In this document: piece after piece, positions 52,501 through 60,468 of the stretch
Layout of the letters: each line of letters opens with the position of its first letter
How positions within the stretch are numbered: the first letter of the stretch is position 1
From: a bacterium
GTDB lineage: Bacteria > Zhuqueibacterota > Zhuqueibacteria > Oceanimicrobiales > Oceanimicrobiaceae
Length of the DNA: 64,000 nt
Direction of reading: 5' to 3'
NCBI GenBank assembly: GCA_046757165.1
Contig: JBHHXT010000004.1
Location: 1-64,000 of the forward strand
Position numbers and translations under genes: made by a program
Notes under the pieces: model-generated
What the model was told of the DNA's origin: nothing
Seen by the model: only the letters and a program-made list of their open reading frames with translations
The model's database searches: none

Positions 52501-53287
52501 CCAGAGCCTTTGCCAGCACGCGGACATTGACGGAATCCTTCTGACTCGAGAGATTGGGCTGGCCGGCAGGCAGATCGGCAATTGTCTTCAAGTGCGCCCA
52601 ACTCAGGCCCGTAGTCGGAAGCTCTGCCAGCTCAGCAGCGCTGGTCAGAATGCCACTGGAGACCCTTGGCGCGGGCGGCGCCGTGAAGAGGGCCGTCACG
52701 CTTTTGTCTTTGTTCATCACAATCGTGTCAGGGTTGGCGTACCCCCGCAAATCGTTCTGCCAGCCGGTGTGGACATAACCAGCGCCCGGGATGGCAGAAA
52801 TGACCACTTTTGTGCCTTTATAGTAGCTTCCGCCTGGCGGCGAAAGCGAAACCGTCCCCGTGCCGACGATGAGCGTATTGAGAGTGAATTTGGGTAGTTC
52901 TCTGAAGATGGCGGTCACGGACCTGGTCGAATCCATCACCAGCGTATCCGGGTTGCTCCGGCCATCCAGGTCCCCATCCCAATCGACGAGTTTGTAGCCG
53001 GAGTCCGGGATGGCGGTGAGAATGACAACCGTCCCACTTTCGTAGGTTCCGCCTGGAGGATCGAGGGCGACTCGCCCGGGACCACTAGTGCCGGTTGTCA
53101 AGGTAAATTGCTGAGCAGGTGTATTCGTCTCCGACGCTTGCGCATATCCGGCTTTCGGGCCGAGTAGGTGAACGCCGGCAGAAACCAGCAGAAACAGGGT
53201 GATAAGGTTGAAAACGCGATGAATCGCCGTGGAAAGATGTGTCCGTGCCGCGAGAAATCCTGTACAGTCCTTCAATGTGTCCTCCAA
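46586..53287 (-). CDS. Giant secreted protein: 4 InlB B-repeat-like units, alginate-lyase-like domain, 4 DNRLRE/CBM96-like domains, 8 Big_9/tandem-95 Ig repeats, FlgD-Ig/T9SS-like CTD
   Basis: LTAxPxxGYxxxxWxGD repeats; RPNNWGT helical domain; PxDDxQ..NYG..YxKF modules (4); N(D/Q)(A/P)PxAxxD..YxP repeats (8); AYPNPFN CTD. Confidence 0.85.
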   Translation of the reverse strand: MEDTLKDCTGFLAARTHLSTAIHRVFNLITLFLLVSAGVHLLGPKAGYAQASETNTPAQQFTLTTGTSGPGRVALDPPGGTYESGTVVILTAIPDSGYKLVDWDGDLDGRSNPDTLVMDSTRSVTAIFRELPKFTLNTLIVGTGTVSLSPPGGSYYKGTKVVISAIPGAGYVHTGWQNDLRGYANPDTIVMNKDKSVTALFTAPPAPRVSSGILTSAAELAELPTTGLSWAHLKTIADLPAGQPNLSSQKDSVNVRVLAKALVYARTGIESYRLQVIDACMAAIGSEQGGTSLALGRELAAYVISADLVGLPAAKDTIFRAWLRQALSEDLNGRTLRSTHEDRPNNWGTQSGASRAAVAFYLDDKVEIARTALVFKGYMGDRQAYADFRFGALDWQADPLTPVGINPAGANLNGRNVDGVLPDDQRRAGGFAWPPPHENYVYEGLQGALVQAIILWRAGYDVWEWQDKALLRAFNWLYNVADFPAEDDDIWLPYIVNHYYHATFSTPKPSRPGKNAGWTDWLYGGRYDLSVTNSAEGDVVVTSLGFNSSNLAVLHLHAIPDSGHAFDGWGSDMSGHPNPDSLVLDAQKTVTATFVKEFVLTIETVGGGKVVATPDSPEGKHKDRTVVTVTAVADSGFVFSGWSGDVFGTNNPVSIFMNRDKLVTATFSQIGGDGTTTLTFEPSDDAQVKSSRPLNNYGASASLKVDAQPLFNSYLKFKVTGVHGEVRHAKIQMFVLNGSADGGAIYPVSNKFRTAGEPWNEEVLTWENAPAISGTPLSTLGKVNVLTVVEFDVSTRVVGNGTYSFGISNTLPDKAQYSSKEGVQAPKLVLLTRPRDNNQPPVASNDAATTNEETPVVINVTANDHDADGTLDLATVTLVDLPNNGTAEVNVLTGAIRYTPATNFSGSDSFTYTVADDEGLDSNVATVTVVVVEQNDAPVAENDTLTTAEDTPVSVSVLANDSDPDGTLAPTSVTVLSRPLFGSVIRDSLSGSMTYTPDLNFFGQDSLTYIVKDNFGVESNAATVLLTVTPVNDAPVAADDSVTTRKNIPVSVPVTANDREVDGQLDLASLTIVDLPAQGTATVDTATGAIQYEPFFNLSGSDLFSYTVADDDGLVSNTAVVRVRIIKTNDPPVAADDSATTAEDVPVAIAVIANDHDPDGTLETSSVTVLAGPEHGAAVLDSSTGEMTYTPFNNYFGPDSFAYHVKDDLSVASNAATVRIAVSAVNDAPVARDDSATTAANVSIELHVLSNDVDVDNALDASSVVLVTSPQNGTASVDHALGTMTYVPAPHFAGADSFSYTVADDAGLVSNRANVLIEVTPGGSEETLSFSPTDDGQIKLTLLGKNYGTKNTAKVKAGKFKTYFKFAVSGVRGAVRSARLRLKVADGASDGADSGGSILSAANTFSGTNEPWNELRLNGQNAPEVTSAVLSTLGAVAPGEVVEFDVTGAVSGNGVYSFCLTTLLGDQVRYYTKEGATPPELIVETGAGASRNDAPVAVDDTVTTPSGSAVDIEVTANDSDADGSLDLSTVAVITPALSGQAVVIGSSGKVRYTPAAGFSGADAFHYTVSDNDGAVSNGAKVIIIIVAATNQPPLALNDTTTTPLDTPVEIDVLANDSDSDGALDSTSLTIVAPPLNGSATIAAGRVVYVPNAGFLGRDRLKYQVADNRGLPSNPATVIIRVTESSQPQTLTFQPTDDGQVRLPNFDRNYGTKSTSKVKLHKYTSYYKFSVTGVTGKVERVRLRLEVSSGSTHGGKSGGTIFLASNRFVGSGEPWNENELTALNAPEVLSETLATLGRVSPDEVVEFDVSRAVSGNGIYSFCLMGTSSDAVRYHTKEGATPPELIVEAGTSGGVTNQPPVARNDSASTTAGTAVAIDVTTNDSDSDGTLDLTSVVIVKAPINGTVMQNGSPGVITYTPNDGFDGLDSLQYVVSDNEGASSNAATVKVEVTPASGGAGTFVFIPTDDGQIKLTRPMKNYGDKTSAKVAKKRFQMYLKFAVSGLNGAVSRAFVRLRVGDGVTDGGNNGGAIFLASNDFATSEQPWTEELLNATNAPEAASSALSAVGSVAPDTFVEFEVTDAVTGNGTYSFCLKTTSGDQVRYRTKEGVIPPELVVEILPSSNKRHEDEQLVLNASAGGSAHVPQELTLRPAYPNPFNAEATIAYALPRATRVKLQIFNVRGQLVRTLADGWQEAGLKKMRWSGRDNLGSSVGSGVYFVRMEASGRRFNHRIVLQK

Positions 53288-53691
53288 GATGAAAATCTAA
53301 TGTTGCCGCCTTTTGAAGGAATGGCTCTGTCTGAAATGGATTGGATTAGCTATTCCTCAACAACGCTCGCCCGGGACGAACTGGCTGCCTTTGCGGCCAG
53401 CATGTCGCGAGTCTTGCGTTTGCCCCTCTCACCACTTGTATGGCTCCATCCAGTCCAGTTCGCGACTTCGCGCTTCAGGAGCTGGTCCGGCTAAAACGGA
53501 TGGTATGAAAAAGGAAAAATATGATGGCGCTGATTGATGATTCATATTATATATAATCTCTTAGTACGAAATTTTCTTCCCTATGCGTACATTCCTGTCA
53601 CATTTCACAGAAAGATTAACGATCTGTAACGAAACTTCGCCTGCTGCAAGACACTCATCCAGACAAATACTTGTGCCCACTCTTGGTAAAT

Positions 53692-53734
53692 ATTCAGGTA
53701 GATAGGCTGTAGGCTTTTAGGCTGTGGGAAGAAT
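53692..53734 (+). repeat. Dispersed TAGGCTG-type repeat, copy 1
   Basis: ATTCAGGTAGATAGGCTGTAGGCT...GGAAGAAT; first 24 nt identical to the reverse complement of the copy at 55826-55864. Confidence 0.7.
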
Positions 53735-53758
53735 GCGGGCAGCCTCAGGAAAAATATT

Positions 53759-53818
53759 CCACACGGATAAAAAAACCACACGGATTTTATTCGTGTCAAT
53801 TCGTGTGGATTCGTGGCT
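53759..53818. repeat. CACGGAT/ATTCGTG short-repeat palindromic element
   Basis: CCACACGGAT twice, then ATTCGTG three times, forming an imperfect inverted array. Confidence 0.6.
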
Positions 53819-53997
53819 AAATCAACTATTCTGTTACGTTCCCGATAACTATCGACAGCAAATTGTCGTTATTATTCCGTAAGCGCATAGCTATTTTTTT
53901 TCATTTCACCAACTTTTTAGAAATTCCTTCGCCTGCTTCGCTTGTTCTCATCTTCAGGGGAGCAAATAAAGATTGAACAAACCCAAGGGGAAAAGGG

Positions 53998-54912
53998 ATG
54001 TCTTCTTATTTCAGATCTCGCTGTTCACGTTCGCCAGTGCGGCTTCGCCGCGCCGGGCTTACCGCGGTCCTGGTTGTCCTGATGGGTGCAGTCAACACAC
54101 CCGGTCTGCCATCTGACAAGAACCTGGAACAATATGGGTACTATGCTGATGCTCTCAGTTTCATGCACAGCGACGACAGTCTCTCGTTTGTCGAGCTCTT
54201 TGGATTGATTCCGACTCACGACCTGATATTTGTCAAGTTTTCGGGTGGCTTTTCTGCAAGCTACCGGCTCGCGGTGAAGGTGATCGACAGCTCAGGCATC
54301 GTCGTGGCGACGCAAGCCCTGGTAGATTCAGTGAAGGTTAGAACCTTCAAGGACATTGACAAGCCGCGCCCAGCCAGACTCTCCCGTTTCAGCTTTGTGC
54401 TCGACCCGGGCGGCTATGTTGCTCACTTTACACTAACGGACCTGGAAACGCGCAAGGATTTGATGTTTCAAAAAGAAATAGAGGTGCGTGATTTCACCCG
54501 GAGCGTTCTTCAAATGAGCGATGTTCAGATTGCAGCTTCTATTTCAACCTCGGATGCCCGAAATGCTTTTGTAAAGAATCAACGGCTAATCGTTCCGAAC
54601 GTGCCCCGGGTGGTATTAAATGCAATCTATGTCTATACCGAGATTTATCACCTTCCGTATGAGGGCAGCGGTGAATTCGAGGCGACTTATCTGATTCAAA
54701 CCGAAGCGGGGAAAACTGTCAAATCCATCGCGTATCGACGCCCCAAACCCGACAGCACCGTTGCGCTCAGCCTCAGGATTCCCATCATGGAGCTCGACTC
54801 CGGCCACTATGTCCTGGTTCTGCAGGTCCAGGATCTGGACGGTGCGCAAACAGTCGAGCACTCAACAACGTTCAGGATTGTTGACGCCGGGCATGGGGTT
54901 GCAACCAGGTAA
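53998..54912 (+). CDS. Secreted paralog of the GWxTD protein N-terminal region, lacking the GWxTD domain
   Basis: Shares SDVQIAASI, VKN..IVPN, YVYTEIY and LDSGHY..QVQDLD with 38542-39867; ends before the GWxTD domain. Confidence 0.75.
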   Translation: MSSYFRSRCSRSPVRLRRAGLTAVLVVLMGAVNTPGLPSDKNLEQYGYYADALSFMHSDDSLSFVELFGLIPTHDLIFVKFSGGFSASYRLAVKVIDSSGIVVATQALVDSVKVRTFKDIDKPRPARLSRFSFVLDPGGYVAHFTLTDLETRKDLMFQKEIEVRDFTRSVLQMSDVQIAASISTSDARNAFVKNQRLIVPNVPRVVLNAIYVYTEIYHLPYEGSGEFEATYLIQTEAGKTVKSIAYRRPKPDSTVALSLRIPIMELDSGHYVLVLQVQDLDGAQTVEHSTTFRIVDAGHGVATR

Positions 54913-55096
54913 AGTGACTGAAGTTTCGCACTTGCCATTCATCCCTTTGAGCCACGGATAAGAACTGTCAACAAGAGGCTGTTGGGAGGGAGTTGCAGGT
55001 CGTTCGGGCGAGGTTCAGGGTAGCGGCCGGGGGGTTGCGGACGAGTTGGCAGTTGGCGGCCAGGACGGGACCTCCCTGCCCCTTTTTCCCTTCTCT

Positions 55097-55786
55097 CTAG
55101 ACACGGAATCTCTCTTTGATATTCTCCGTTACCACACTGCCATCAAAAAGATGAATGACGCGATGTCCATATTCAGCGTAGGTTGGGGAGTGCGTCACCA
55201 TGAGAATGGTCGTGCCGTTTTCATTTAGCTCCGTGAGCATGCCCATGACCTCGTCGCCGTGAGCAGAGTCCAGGTTTCCCGTTGGCTCGTCGGCGAGAAT
55301 GAGTTTCGGTTTGGCCACCACGGCGCGGGACACCGCCACACGCTGCTGCTGGCCGCCGGAAAGTTGCTGGGGAAAGTGGTTCTTGCGGTGTGCGATCTGC
55401 ATGTGCTCCAAAACCTCGGTGACGCGTTTCTTGCGCTCGGAGGAGGTATAGCCTAAATACAACAACGGGAGTTCAATGTTTTCATAAACGGTCAGCTCAT
55501 CTATCAAGTTGAAACTTTGAAAGACAAATCCCATATTTTCCTTTCTGAGATTGGCCCGCTGGCGCTCGGAGTATTTCGAGACTTCCTGTTCCAGGAAAAA
55601 AAACTCGCCGCTACTGGGATTATCCAGCAATCCGATCACGTTCAACAAAGTCGATTTGCCGCACCCTGACGGCCCCATAATCGAAACGAATTCTCCCTGC
55701 TTCACTTCGATGTTGACGTTGTTCAACGCGGTGGTTTCGACTTCCTCGGTGGTGTAGATTTTCTTGAGATCAACCGTTCTTATCAT
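55097..55786 (-). CDS. ABC transporter ATP-binding protein (MacB/LolD-like)
   Basis: [24 protein letters not shown] and VTH motifs. Confidence 0.96.
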   Translation of the reverse strand: MIRTVDLKKIYTTEEVETTALNNVNIEVKQGEFVSIMGPSGCGKSTLLNVIGLLDNPSSGEFFFLEQEVSKYSERQRANLRKENMGFVFQSFNLIDELTVYENIELPLLYLGYTSSERKKRVTEVLEHMQIAHRKNHFPQQLSGGQQQRVAVSRAVVAKPKLILADEPTGNLDSAHGDEVMGMLTELNENGTTILMVTHSPTYAEYGHRVIHLFDGSVVTENIKERFRV

Positions 55787-55825
55787 CGAATTCTCCTTTC
55801 CGGCTTGTCGTATAAACTCTCATGG

Positions 55826-55864
55826 ATTCTTCCATCTAACAGCCTACAGCCTATCTACCTGAAT
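55826..55864 (-). repeat. Dispersed TAGGCTG-type repeat, copy 2
   Basis: Reverse complement reads ATTCAGGTAGATAGGCTGTAGGCTGTTAGATGGAAGAAT. Confidence 0.7.
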
Positions 55865-55868
55865 CGTG

Positions 55869-57122
55869 TCACTTCTTCAGCACCAGCTTGTCGATGTCGC
55901 CGAAACTGTCGTAGGACGAAGTCACGACGCGCTCACCGGGTTCCAGACCGCTGAGGACCTCGAAGACTTGCGGGTTCTGGCGCCCGAGACGAATTTTCCT
56001 TTTGGCCGCGAAGTGCTCGGCCTGATCGAGAACGTAAATCCACTGGCCGCCCGTCTTCTGATAGAAGCCGCCGCGGGGAATGAGCACGGCCTCAGACAGG
56101 TCACCGAGCTCCAGACGGATGTGCACCGTCTGGCCCCGCCGGATGCCCTCTGGCGAATCGCCCTCGAATTCCATGTCCACTTCAAACCGTCCGTCCCGGA
56201 CTTCGGGATAGACCCGGTCGGTAAGCAACCGGTAGGTGCGACCGGCAAAATCGAACTCACCGTACTGGCCGCGATCGATGCGCGCGAGATAGTGCTCATC
56301 AATACCGGCCCGCACTTTGAACCCGTCGACGACATCTACCTGGCCCACACGTTGCCCTTGCGCCACTGTCTGGCCAACTTCAGGAATTAGCGAGGTCAAC
56401 AGACCGGTGATCGGCGCCCTGATCGTCAAGTCATCCAGGCGCTTTCTCGCGATCTGGAGATTCTCTTCCAACCTGGTGAGGGATTGTTCCAATAGTCTGA
56501 TCTGCACGTGCTGGAAGATCGAGTCCTGCTTGAACGATTCAACATTCAGTCTCTGTCGCTTCACCTGGTAGTCGTATTCATCTTTGGTCGCCTCGAACTC
56601 CTCCAGTGAGATCAGGTTGCGCTCAAACAACTCTTCTCTGCGAGCATAGAGTCTCTCGAGACGTTTGATTTGGTACTCCTGGTCGATGAGACGCTGGCGC
56701 AGAATAATGCGGTTTTGCGCCAGGTTAAAGCGCGTGCTGGTCAACAGATTGCGCTGCTCGACCACCAGGGCGTCCTGGGAGAGAATCTGAATGTGGAGAT
56801 TGCGGTTTTCAAGTTGCAGGATTTTGTCGCCGTCGTTGACAAAACTCCCGGCCTCGATGTAGACCGTGTCGACGCGCCCGCCTTCGGTCGCGTCCAGGAA
56901 AATTGTCTTGATCGGCAGGACGGCTCCGGTGACGGGAATGAATTCCTGAAACGGCCCGTGTCTGACCTCGGAAATCGTGATCTTTTCTTGCTCGACATTG
57001 AGCTTGGAGCTCCGGTCGCCAAAACTGATATTGTACACGATGATAAGGAGGAGGAGGGCCGTCCCGCCCAGCGAGGCGATCTTCCCGGGGGGCCATTTTC
57101 TCTTTTCTATTTTGCGATCCAT
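55869..57122 (-). CDS. Efflux periplasmic adaptor subunit (HlyD/MacA-like)
   Basis: N-terminal TM, lipoyl halves (EGGRV..GSFV; IRAPITG), long coiled coil, GLEPGERVV. Confidence 0.92.
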   Translation of the reverse strand: MDRKIEKRKWPPGKIASLGGTALLLLIIVYNISFGDRSSKLNVEQEKITISEVRHGPFQEFIPVTGAVLPIKTIFLDATEGGRVDTVYIEAGSFVNDGDKILQLENRNLHIQILSQDALVVEQRNLLTSTRFNLAQNRIILRQRLIDQEYQIKRLERLYARREELFERNLISLEEFEATKDEYDYQVKRQRLNVESFKQDSIFQHVQIRLLEQSLTRLEENLQIARKRLDDLTIRAPITGLLTSLIPEVGQTVAQGQRVGQVDVVDGFKVRAGIDEHYLARIDRGQYGEFDFAGRTYRLLTDRVYPEVRDGRFEVDMEFEGDSPEGIRRGQTVHIRLELGDLSEAVLIPRGGFYQKTGGQWIYVLDQAEHFAAKRKIRLGRQNPQVFEVLSGLEPGERVVTSSYDSFGDIDKLVLKK

Positions 57123-57197
57123 TATGGTCTGCTTATCCTATCCCTCATTCAGCGATGAAGTTCCCGATATTAACAGGCAAAGGCTCCAGGCTTACAA

Positions 57198-57213
57198 TTC
57201 AAGAACCGTGCCA
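57198..57213 (-). promoter_or_regulatory. sigma54 promoter for the adaptor-ABC operon
   Basis: TGGCACGGTTCTTGAA about 75 nt upstream of the ATG, divergent from a sigma54 activator gene. Confidence 0.7.
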
Positions 57214-57264
57214 GTATTGTAAATCAATCATTTAGATAAGGTGCCTGTACACTTCTCCTGAAAA

Positions 57265-57304
57265 GTATCCGCTGGCAATACAGGAAGTGTTCGCTGGCGA
57301 ACGC
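57265..57304. promoter_or_regulatory. Candidate tandem enhancer (UAS) sites for the bEBP
   Basis: GTATCCGCTGGCAATAC and GTGTTCGCTGGCGAACGC, imperfect palindromes whose starts are 22 bp apart. Confidence 0.5.
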
Positions 57305-57465
57305 TTTTCATGACGCTGAGGCGAGGGCTCACGCCAATGTCGGAACGAAGCGGCCGCAACTTATTCAAAAGTAAATTCACTTGATTATTCTGCACAAAAA
57401 GTGTAATTAAAACCTTTTGACAGAACATTCGTCCTAAATAGAAATACGGATCCAAAATCAGTCCC

Positions 57466-58842
57466 ATGAGCAAGAAAGTTGGAAAAGTTCTGGTTGTTGA
57501 TGATGACCAGGACATTCTTTTGGCGGCTCGCCTGTTTCTGAAAAACCATTTTCTCTTAATCCATACGGAGAGTGATCCTGAGGCTATCCCGACGCAGCTC
57601 AAGAATGAAAGTTACGATGTCATCCTGCTCGACATGAACTTCGCCCTCGGTGCGAGCAGCGGCCAGGAAGGCTTCCAGTGGCTCGACAACATCCTGGATC
57701 TGGACCCCTCCGCGGTCGTGGTGTTGACGACCGCATATGGTGATGTGCAGATGGCTGTCCGCGCCATCAAAGAGGGCGCCATGGATTTTGTGCTCAAGCC
57801 GTGGCAAAATGAGAAGCTCCTGGCCACGCTCTTTGCCGCCATGAACCTGCGCCAATCCAAAGTCGAAGTGGACAAGCTGAAATTGCGCCAGAGGCAGCTC
57901 AATGCCGACCTGGATCAAAATTTTCGCGATTTCGTCGGTGAATGTGATGCCATGCAACAAGTGTTCAGAAACATCGAAAAGGTGGCGAAAACAGACGCCA
58001 ATGTGCTGATTCTGGGCGAAAACGGCACCGGCAAGGAGCTGGTTGCACGTGAGCTGCACCGGCAGTCCCTGCGAGCCAATGAGGTCTTCATCAGTGTTGA
58101 CATGGGCGCAATCAGCGAAACCTTGTTTGAGAGCGAGCTCTTCGGCCACGTCAAAGGCGCATTCACCGATGCCCGGGAAGATCGCGCCGGCCGGTTTGAA
58201 ATCGCCTCCGGCGGCACGCTCTTTCTGGACGAGATCGGCAACCTGCCGCTGCCGCTGCAGGCCAAACTCCTGAATATCTTGCAGAGCCGCCATGTGACGC
58301 GCGTGGGCGCCAACCTGCCAAAACCTATCGATGTGCGGCTGATTTGCGCCACCAATAAGCCCATCTATGAAATGGTGGCGAGAAACGAATTCCGCCAGGA
58401 CTTGCTTTATCGTATCAATACGGTGGAAGTCGAGCTGCCCCCCCTGCGCGAGCGCCAGGATGACATTCCGATGCTGCTCGACTTCTTCCTGGAAGTCTAC
58501 TCAAAAAAATATCAAAAGGCAAAGAAGCGCGTCAATGCCAGCGCGCTCAAGAAGCTGCAAAAATATAAATGGCCCGGGAATGTACGGGAATTGCAGCATG
58601 CCATCGAGCGCGCCGTCATCATGAGCGACTCGCAGGTGCTACAGCCCCATGACTTCTTTTTCTCCATGCCAGAGTCAAGAGAGCAGGGACTTGTTTTCGA
58701 TACCCTCAACCTGGACGAAGTCGAAAGAATCGTCATACAAAAAGTGATCAGCAAGCACGAAGGAAACATCAGCAAGGCAGCCAGAGAGCTGGGGCTGACA
58801 CGCACGTCTTTGTACCGAAGGTTGGAAAAACATGGTCTATAA
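57466..58842 (+). CDS. sigma54-dependent response regulator
   Basis: DDD and LDMNF receiver motifs, GENGTGKE, GAFTDA, WPGNVREL, Fis HTH. Confidence 0.95.
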   Translation: MSKKVGKVLVVDDDQDILLAARLFLKNHFLLIHTESDPEAIPTQLKNESYDVILLDMNFALGASSGQEGFQWLDNILDLDPSAVVVLTTAYGDVQMAVRAIKEGAMDFVLKPWQNEKLLATLFAAMNLRQSKVEVDKLKLRQRQLNADLDQNFRDFVGECDAMQQVFRNIEKVAKTDANVLILGENGTGKELVARELHRQSLRANEVFISVDMGAISETLFESELFGHVKGAFTDAREDRAGRFEIASGGTLFLDEIGNLPLPLQAKLLNILQSRHVTRVGANLPKPIDVRLICATNKPIYEMVARNEFRQDLLYRINTVEVELPPLRERQDDIPMLLDFFLEVYSKKYQKAKKRVNASALKKLQKYKWPGNVRELQHAIERAVIMSDSQVLQPHDFFFSMPESREQGLVFDTLNLDEVERIVIQKVISKHEGNISKAARELGLTRTSLYRRLEKHGL

Positions 58843-60190
58843 ACGCTTTCGGGTCGTGGTTATGACCCGTGTTCTCATTCTCAGCGCCTCACTCTACCTC
58901 TTCATTCATCTGCTCTTTGGCATGGAAACGCGGCTGTACGCGACCATTCTGATCGTTGCGCTGACCATCGCTTATCAGATCCATGGCCTGATCCATTATG
59001 TTGAAAAGACAAACCGGGACCTGAATCGCTTCTTGATGACGATCAAGCACGAGGACTTCTCGCAGATTTTCCTGGGTGGCGGGCTTGGTTCATCCTTCGA
59101 TGAATTGAAGAGAGCATTTAACGATGTCATTCAGAAATTCCAGCAGGCTCGCGCTGAAAAGGAAGAACATTTTCGCTATCTGCAAACCGTCGTGCAGCAC
59201 GTTGCCATCGGTCTGATCGCTTTTCGCAGCGATGGCAAGGTGGCGCTTTTCAACACGGCGGCCAAGAAACTGTTCAGAAAGCCCGCGCTGAGAAATATCA
59301 AAGACCTGGAGGGCGTCAGCAAGTTGCTGACAAGAACGTTGTTGGGCATGCACTCGGGCCAGAAAGCGCTTGTGAAGATTCACGACCAGAATGAAATCCT
59401 GCAACTCTCCATCAGCGCCACCGAGTTTAGACTTCGGGAGCAGAACTACACGCTCGTTTCCCTGCAAAACATTCACAGCGAGTTGGAAGAGCAGGAATTG
59501 GATGCCTGGCAAAAACTCATCCGCGTGCTGACACACGAAATCATGAATTCCGTCACCCCGATCGCCTCTCTGGCTTCGACGCTCAATGAACTGGTCAACT
59601 CGCAGGGGAATCGCCCGGCATCCGAAGCGCTCAGTGCTGAGTCTCGATGTGATCTCCAGGGGGGACTCAAAACGATTCAGAAACGCAGTGAAGGGTTGCT
59701 GCATTTTGTGAATGCCTACCGCAACCTGACCAAAATTCCGGTTCCGGACTTGAAAATCTTTCCGGTGCAGGAGGTGTTCGAGCACATCCAGCAGTTGATG
59801 CGAGAAGAAATTGGAGAGGATTCTATTGCCGTGAGCTCCCAGGTGCTTCCAACGAACCTGGAGCTGACTGCAGACCGGGAGCTGTTGGAACAAATTCTGA
59901 TCAACCTCCTCAAAAACGCCATCCAGGCCTTGCAGGGACGGCCGCAGGGCAAGATTTCGCTCTTCTCACGCATCGACGAGCGCGGCCGGATCATCATCCA
60001 GATTTGCGACAACGGCCCAGGAATTCCGCCAGAGTTGCACGACAAGATTTTCATCCCGTTTTTCACCACCAAGGAAGGTGGCTCGGGTATCGGCTTGAGT
60101 TTGTCCCGGCAGATCATGCGCTTGCATCGCGGCACGCTCAGCGTCCACTCTCGACCGGATGACGGGACGGTTTTCACGCTGCGGTTTTGA
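58832..60190 (+). CDS. Membrane sensor histidine kinase (NtrY-like)
   Basis: Two TM helices, PAS-like region, THEIMNS H-box, NLLKNA, DNGPG, FFTTK, GSGIGL; overlaps the regulator. Confidence 0.94.
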   Translation: MVYKRFRVVVMTRVLILSASLYLFIHLLFGMETRLYATILIVALTIAYQIHGLIHYVEKTNRDLNRFLMTIKHEDFSQIFLGGGLGSSFDELKRAFNDVIQKFQQARAEKEEHFRYLQTVVQHVAIGLIAFRSDGKVALFNTAAKKLFRKPALRNIKDLEGVSKLLTRTLLGMHSGQKALVKIHDQNEILQLSISATEFRLREQNYTLVSLQNIHSELEEQELDAWQKLIRVLTHEIMNSVTPIASLASTLNELVNSQGNRPASEALSAESRCDLQGGLKTIQKRSEGLLHFVNAYRNLTKIPVPDLKIFPVQEVFEHIQQLMREEIGEDSIAVSSQVLPTNLELTADRELLEQILINLLKNAIQALQGRPQGKISLFSRIDERGRIIIQICDNGPGIPPELHDKIFIPFFTTKEGGSGIGLSLSRQIMRLHRGTLSVHSRPDDGTVFTLRF

Positions 60191-60468
60191 AACCCTGCGA
60201 CGACTCGAAGCCGTTTAGAGAATCAGACCACTTGTTGAAAAAACTATTGAACCTTTGGGTCATGTGACAAGTATAATAGTCAACATCAGTATGATTGGCC
60301 ACCTTGATTTCTTTTCCACCTGCATTTTTTCCTTCCTTTTTGGGAGACAACATTTTTGCTCAAGGTGGCCATTATTATTTTTGAGCGATGTACAGCCATC
60401 CTGTTTGACTTTTTTCTGACCTTTTTTTGCCGTATGATCATTGTGGTCGTTTTTGTTTGGCGTGCGCC

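Noticed and set aside
60190..60468. sigma54/RtcR-type promoter for rtcA
   Set aside because: No TGGCAC-N5-TTGC match and no rtcR or rtcB nearby.
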